From Marsupella aquatica (Eukaryota; Plantae; Marchantiophyta), in contig OZ316895.1 in NCBI GenBank assembly GCA_973895155.1, positions 11,554,858 to 11,618,857 on the forward strand: a stretch of DNA of 64,000 bases. Direction: 5' to 3'. The notes beneath the pieces are model-generated. The model searched no databases. It was not told the origin of the DNA and saw nothing but the letters and a program-made list of their open reading frames with translations. The position numbers and the translations under genes were made by a program. Position 1 is the stretch's first letter. Each line of letters begins with the position of its first letter. This document shows, one piece after another, positions 58,079-64,000 of the stretch.

Positions 58079-61000
58079 TCATGAGTCTGAAATTCTCCGT
58101 TGAAGAACCTGCGAAAACCATCGTGCAGAGTCCTTTGGGTAGCGCTTCAAATTGTCATTGTGGTCTATGTAGACGAGTCCAAAATTTGAGTCAAATCCAC
58201 GATCCCACTCCAAATTGTCGGTGAGTGACCAGGCAAAGTAGCCACGTACGTTTACCCCGTCCCTGCAATTCAATCAACAAATTTTATAGGTATCCAACTT
58301 CGGCCGATAAATTAATCATAAGAACATATCCACGCAGGACCTACATATGACCAGTCCTACACATTGCAAGTTGCCTTCACCACAGAAGAAATTCCAGGTC
58401 ATTTACGACTCCATATAGTGAAGTGTCTGTGACGTTTCTTACCTGACAGCTTCAAGTAGTGCAGATAAATAATTGTCGTAAAATTCGATCCTTACTGTGT
58501 CATGCAATGAATCCTCCATGGACAAAGAGAACTTAGAATCCATCCCTACAATTAACGTAACAGTCCGACAGAAATGTCAATTTCAATAAGACATGCTCGT
58601 TATGACACAGTCAAATGAGTTAAAGAAATGTTTGGCTATGTAATCATTCTTTCATGGACATGTTTCACCCAGCTACAAATTGGAAAACGATGAACTCTTC
58701 GGAACATTGGGATCAAGTCCATCTTCAGTTCAGCAAGAAACGTCAGGGTGATCAGTGTGGATACCATCTTCAGTGACAAACAGGGGTGTCTCGTATCGTT
58801 GCCAGGTCCATTTGAGAAGGTTGCGTATTCCCCAGGGGACCACCACCAACCAAGGAGAAGCCGCCTGCAAACACAAACAACTACAAAGTTAGTCCAATAT
58901 ACATAGAAATGGAGAAACATTATTTGCTAGAAAGACGCGTGGTAGAGTCGGGCACGGTACGGTTATAACTCAATGATACCGAACGGTCCCTCGCTAACAT
59001 TCTGAACCAAATAGCTTTTGGAAAAGCTTTCGAGACAATATGCTTTCAACCCCAACAAGCTGTGAAGGGACGGACTTCATAGTCCGAAATGATCGCAACT
59101 TGGAGTGGATCTTCCTTCGTTCAGTCCTTCCATATACTATCCAAGATTGAAAGGATGACTATAACAATTTAAGTTGACAGAAAGACATGAAACAGAAAAG
59201 TTGATGGAAATGCCAGTACCCGTGGTCCAATTTCGATGCCATCCTTTGACGCTGCGCAACAAAGAACCTTAAGAGTCAAAACTGTCTGTTAAATCAATGA
59301 GCACACCACCAAAAATGAACTCGCTAAACACTGATATGCTATCAGTACGAAACGCAAAACCTGAACTGAGTACCCAACAACGAGCACTCTTTAGCTCCCG
59401 TGGACCATAGAGGTATTGATTCATTCCTGTTTCCCCAACAGGAGAAGTTCTATCTACATGGGTTGCCAGAAGAGTTCCCACATCAAATTTGGATTCGAAA
59501 GCGGTTTAGGGGATCAAATGTCGTATGAAACGCACCACAACAAATCCATCTAACAGATTGTGAGAGTCGCAAAGCATGGGATGCCAGAGTACCTGGCCCG
59601 AAATTCTTTCAATTAACTAATATTAGATATTCATCGTTAAAGGGTACAGATCGATGAATTACTTAAGGTGCTGATATGTTGATCAAGTGCCGGAGTCGGT
59701 TCCTCATTGGGGGAAGGACCAGGTCCAGATGTGACCCAACGAGAAGTATAATAATTGAGCCCAATAAAATCCAGCGATCCTTTGATGAGGGAAACTTGCT
59801 CGTCGGAAAATGTTGGGAGCCGAAGACCCACAAGCTCTCGCATTATGACTGGATAATCACCAAAGATCAAGGGATCCAGAAACCTGCAAAGAGTTAAGCA
59901 GTGACATTTTATTTGGTGTCAAGCCAAGTGAAGTGACGATTAAATGCTCCCAGCTTGTCAAATGACCCTCAATTTGTTCAATTGATAAGCTGACTTGAAA
60001 TTTTTTGAAAATTGAAAGATTTCGAAGTAGGCAAGAAAACGAAAGACAGTCGACTTTCGTTCAAAGTTTACACTCATGAATGAAACAAATTGTCTCCAAT
60101 CCAACGTAGAGGTTCTCCAGGTTCACCGGGACCACTTACCAGCCAAGTTGGAAGATGCCATTTCTGAGGGCTGCTTTAGTGTCTTCTACCGAATCGGTTA
60201 GAGGTTCTCCCCATATGCAATCCACTGTAAATCCGATCTCTCCTTTCTGCTTTGTCTGCAATATCGAGTCCCAACAAACATCGGATTCTTGTCATTTTAA
60301 ACTGATTTGTTGAATTACGGAAGTAGTATCATTGTGAGGACAATACTCGAGAACATGTCAGTCCCTAAGTTGTAGCAGTTCTATGTTATGAAATTTATGA
60401 AATGGATAAATTCTTCTTCAATACCAATTATCCAATTGATGACGGCAAAGATCAGTCTGATGTACATATTTAAAGCTACAGATTTAGTTTTGATATCCCG
60501 GTTCAGTGTATGTAAACGAACCCGAAATTCACACTATGAGTGGACCCCCCACCATGTGGTCCAAGTTGGTCCCGTATATAAGTCAAGCAAAGGGACGCTC
60601 ACACCTACATACTGAGGAGGGAGTCGCGGACTCCAACTTAGAGATTCGTGGGCTAATTGATGCAGACGCACTACTATCGTAAAGCAGACATGAATGGAAT
60701 CGATGGAAGCCAGGATTTGAAATCTTTCGTACTGGACTTAGACTGGACAGATTGATTCTAACCGGTCTACGCAATAAGACAGAAAGTCACCAACTTAGTT
60801 TCTTGGATGAGCATTGCAGAGAAACTTCATCGCTGCAAGTAATGATCTCACCAATACCACGATTTTTATGCATTATCTTTCACCATTGGGAGTTGTCTTT
60901 TTTTTGTGTGTGTGTGTGGGGGGGGGGGGGGTGTTAAACTAAAATTTTCTAGTGTGATTCTACTTGGAACTTTAGTAGTTCATTGGGTTTTCTCCAATGC

Positions 61001-62102
61001 TCTTGAATTTCTTAGTAAAACCAAGTTCCTAGACGATTTTGTAGAGCACACTGTACCTGAAATTCACGCCTGTAGACGTCCACAGCTGCTGCGTGAGACA
61101 GGAGTACATGATGGGCAGCAATGTACGGTGCAGTGGATGGGTTTGAAGTAATCCCCGGCGGAACGTCACCGCCAGTCCCATAGCCCTGTAGAAACTGCTG
61201 TGGTTCATTAAACGTCGTCCAAAGCGTTACTCGATCTCCAAATGCTTCGAAGCAAACTTTTGCATACGCTGCAAAGTCGACCCTGAATTGAACACCCACC
61301 CCCTCCAAAGAATTAGGATCGTTGACGGGGAACCCCGGCTCTGTCCGAGCCGCTGTTTTCGAGTATTCTGAAATAGACTGTAATATTAACTCATACCTTC
61401 AATGTAATACCCCTGGCTTACATGGGTAGACAGTATGCCAGGTGGTGCGTTTGCTAAATTGAAAGAACGATAGTAAATTACGTTTCTTGCACTGTTCAGA
61501 TATCTCTTCTCATTGTTCATGTCTACGTTTTCGGAGAAAATGTCATCCGAATACTTCATATTCCTAGTCTAATTCAGAGCAAACGATAGAATACTGCTTT
61601 AGCCTAGTATGGTACAATTTAAACCTAACATAGTCCTCAGCTTTGCTTAGTCTGGTTCTCATATGCTAAGAAGAGAAACTGAAATGCACTTACACAATCT
61701 TGGGGCTCAACCACCCTTCATAGGAGTCCTGGAGGCCTTGCGGAAGGTCCCAATGATACAACGTCACGAATGGCTTCAAACCTTCAAGACATAACAAATG
61801 TAGCAAACTTAAGAAATATGTCGGCCAAAAGCCAAGGGATGTTAGTAGTAAACAGAACGAAGTGGCTCTCCTGCTGTATTTACCATAACCCATTATCATG
61901 GTAGAATCTTCAATATTCCACAGTTATCAAATTATTTTCTACTTAGACGTGTCCTGAAAGACTGTTTTGCGTTCATAAAATTGAAAAGAATCATGCAAAG
62001 TGACTAATCTACCATCCCTTCACATACCTCTTTTGATGACAGCGTCAATTACGCGATTGTAGTATGCAACGCCCTCAGCGTTAACAACAGGGCCCGTCCC
62101 AT
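58079..62102 (-). CDS. BGLU: Second GH1 beta-glucosidase (GH1-B), exons 5-13; exons 1-4 not found in the window
   Basis: [66 protein letters not shown]...FGLVYID; same exon boundaries and homologous introns as GH1-A; stop at 58079-58081. Confidence 0.88.
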
Positions 62103-64000
62103 CTACGCATAGTCAGGTACACATAAGCCTAGAAGAATTGATCGCGAGATCTATCTTGTGATCAATTTCGGCTGGTTTCATGACCAGCCTGAAATGACGA
62201 ATCTCAAAACAGATAAACATCGAAAGACACGATCACGAAGATCCCTCTGTTGTCCATTTACACGCACAAAACTGTTTTCTTGAAGATGCGCAGTACGCAA
62301 ACAACAATCCGAGGGTATGATCTTGAAGACCACACCACTATTGCTTCCCGGGAGCCTAGCCCACATTAGTACCGGGAGCCTAGCCCATCATGCTATTCAT
62401 GGGAGCAACAAATCTCAGTTACGGTGAGTAGGTAATTGACGGAAAACGGAAATAAGATTAGCCATCTGTTTTGACACAAGCTGACATCTCTATCTGTCAC
62501 ACCTGGTCATTGGATACCTGGCAGTCTGGCTTTAAGATCACTGGTCATTTTATTAGACGCCGTCTACAGTAGTTAGTAAGGCTGACGTCATAACAAGGGA
62601 GCAATAGGTAGAGTTCAGATTGCCACCACAACTCATCCGACTCATTTCCGTGCACGTTCTCGCGACTGTAAAGGTTTGAATAAAGTACTGAAAGTAGTGA
62701 GGAGTTGCGAAGTTCAAAGGAACTACGAAGGACTACAGAGTGGAAATGAAGAGGTTTCCAATTTCACCAAATTGGACGAGGACATACGCATTAGAGGATC
62801 TTCAACCCTTACTGCGAAGGGTTTTGACCCAAACTCGTACCTAAAATGCAAAAAGCCATGTCTAAACCCATTTCTGTAGCAGCTATCCTATTGGGTTTTT
62901 TGGTTATGGGAGAGAAGACAATATACAGTTTAGACTTTTACTGGGTTTAGCCGTTGGGTTTTCAAGATTTTAATCTAAGGTGATGTGAAACTGATTTTTA
63001 GAGTGGTGTAAAATTTTACACTAAGGATTTGAGCATGACAGCTACGTACAATAAACTAAAAACAGGGTGTTGTCAGATTGGGTATATATTTCTTACAGCA
63101 ACCAAATCCAGGTATTGTCAGACTGCATAATTCGTCTTTACAAAACCAAACCTTGGAGATGGTCCAAAGACTGGAAGATATCCAGTTCGATCTTAACCTA
63201 GATCCCGCTCTTGGAGGATTAAAATTTTCTCTTTCAATCATAAAGAGTATCGTAGGACAATGCAAATTCTATTAAAACATGATCAATGGACGCAGGAGAA
63301 AAAAATAGCTGCCGAACGAGACCGCCAGATACAGTGCGGCAGCGCTTCAAACAACAAGTAGTTAGAGTCCCATTGATTTTGAACTGTTCGTAATTGGATT
63401 ACTCCGTCCGTTTCGTTTTGTAAAACAAGTACTAAAACTACTTAGGTTCTTCTGCAGGAAGTACTGTACTAGGATGACACCGACCCAACCTGATTCTTCA
63501 TTCATGCGTACGACTGTCTGCTGCTTCTGACAGGTTTTGCCGCATATGTCACATGTGATAACTAAAACGTGCATAACGGGATGTCCTGTTCAGTTATTTG
63601 AATCCGTATGATCGCGCAGCGGTACAGTTTTCGACCGGAGCGGCGGAGCTGGAGGCAGCTCATAGCCCGGGGCGTCACGCCATGGGTATCCTACAGAGTT
63701 CAGGTTCATGCAGGCGTTCCAAACTGAATCTCGGAAACTAAAACGCGAGAACTTGCAAGTCTACACTCGACACCACACTCAATGTTCCTCTCGGCCTTGC
63801 CCTGGACCATCAATTGGTCGACCTCGTGGACCTTCACGGAAACTTTAAGCCGGACTTTTAACGATTTTTAAAGCTCAGCAAGACACTACTCTATTGTTCG
63901 TCCAGAAACAAGTTTGACCAGGTATAGCCGCCCAGGTCAAACCCCAAAACTCCCATTGGAACGCAACCACTACCAGAAAGAGGAACCATTGGAAAGTCTT

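Overview
This is a land-plant nuclear segment with spliceosomal GT-AG genes; a bryophyte, probably a liverwort, is inferred rather than shown. It contains five plant genes: a 7-exon membrane-anchored RLK/Pelle kinase (-), a 2-exon plastid CRR42/SipA-like (DUF3148) gene (+), a 4-exon ELL-associated factor gene (+), and two tandem GH1 beta-glucosidases (-; one complete with 13 exons, one whose 5' exons are not in the window). A third GH1 copy survives as a deleted relic. Two items look foreign for a plant genome. (1) An intact, intronless, GC-richer, fungal-type 3-dehydroshikimate dehydratase gene (QutC/Qa-4-like, 32212-33252) sits directly behind the GH1 relic and is a horizontal-transfer candidate. 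(2) A decayed, intron-containing tyrosine-recombinase element of Crypton/DUF3504 type, bounded by inverted repeats, lies at about 52523-56378. The intergenic DNA also holds a young non-autonomous Copia-like LTR element with identical 142-bp LTRs and a TSD, four related solo LTRs with TSDs, a Helitron-like 3' end, several hairpins/MITE-like units and a possible ndhF plastid fragment. All family assignments come from motif recognition by eye; no database searches were run.
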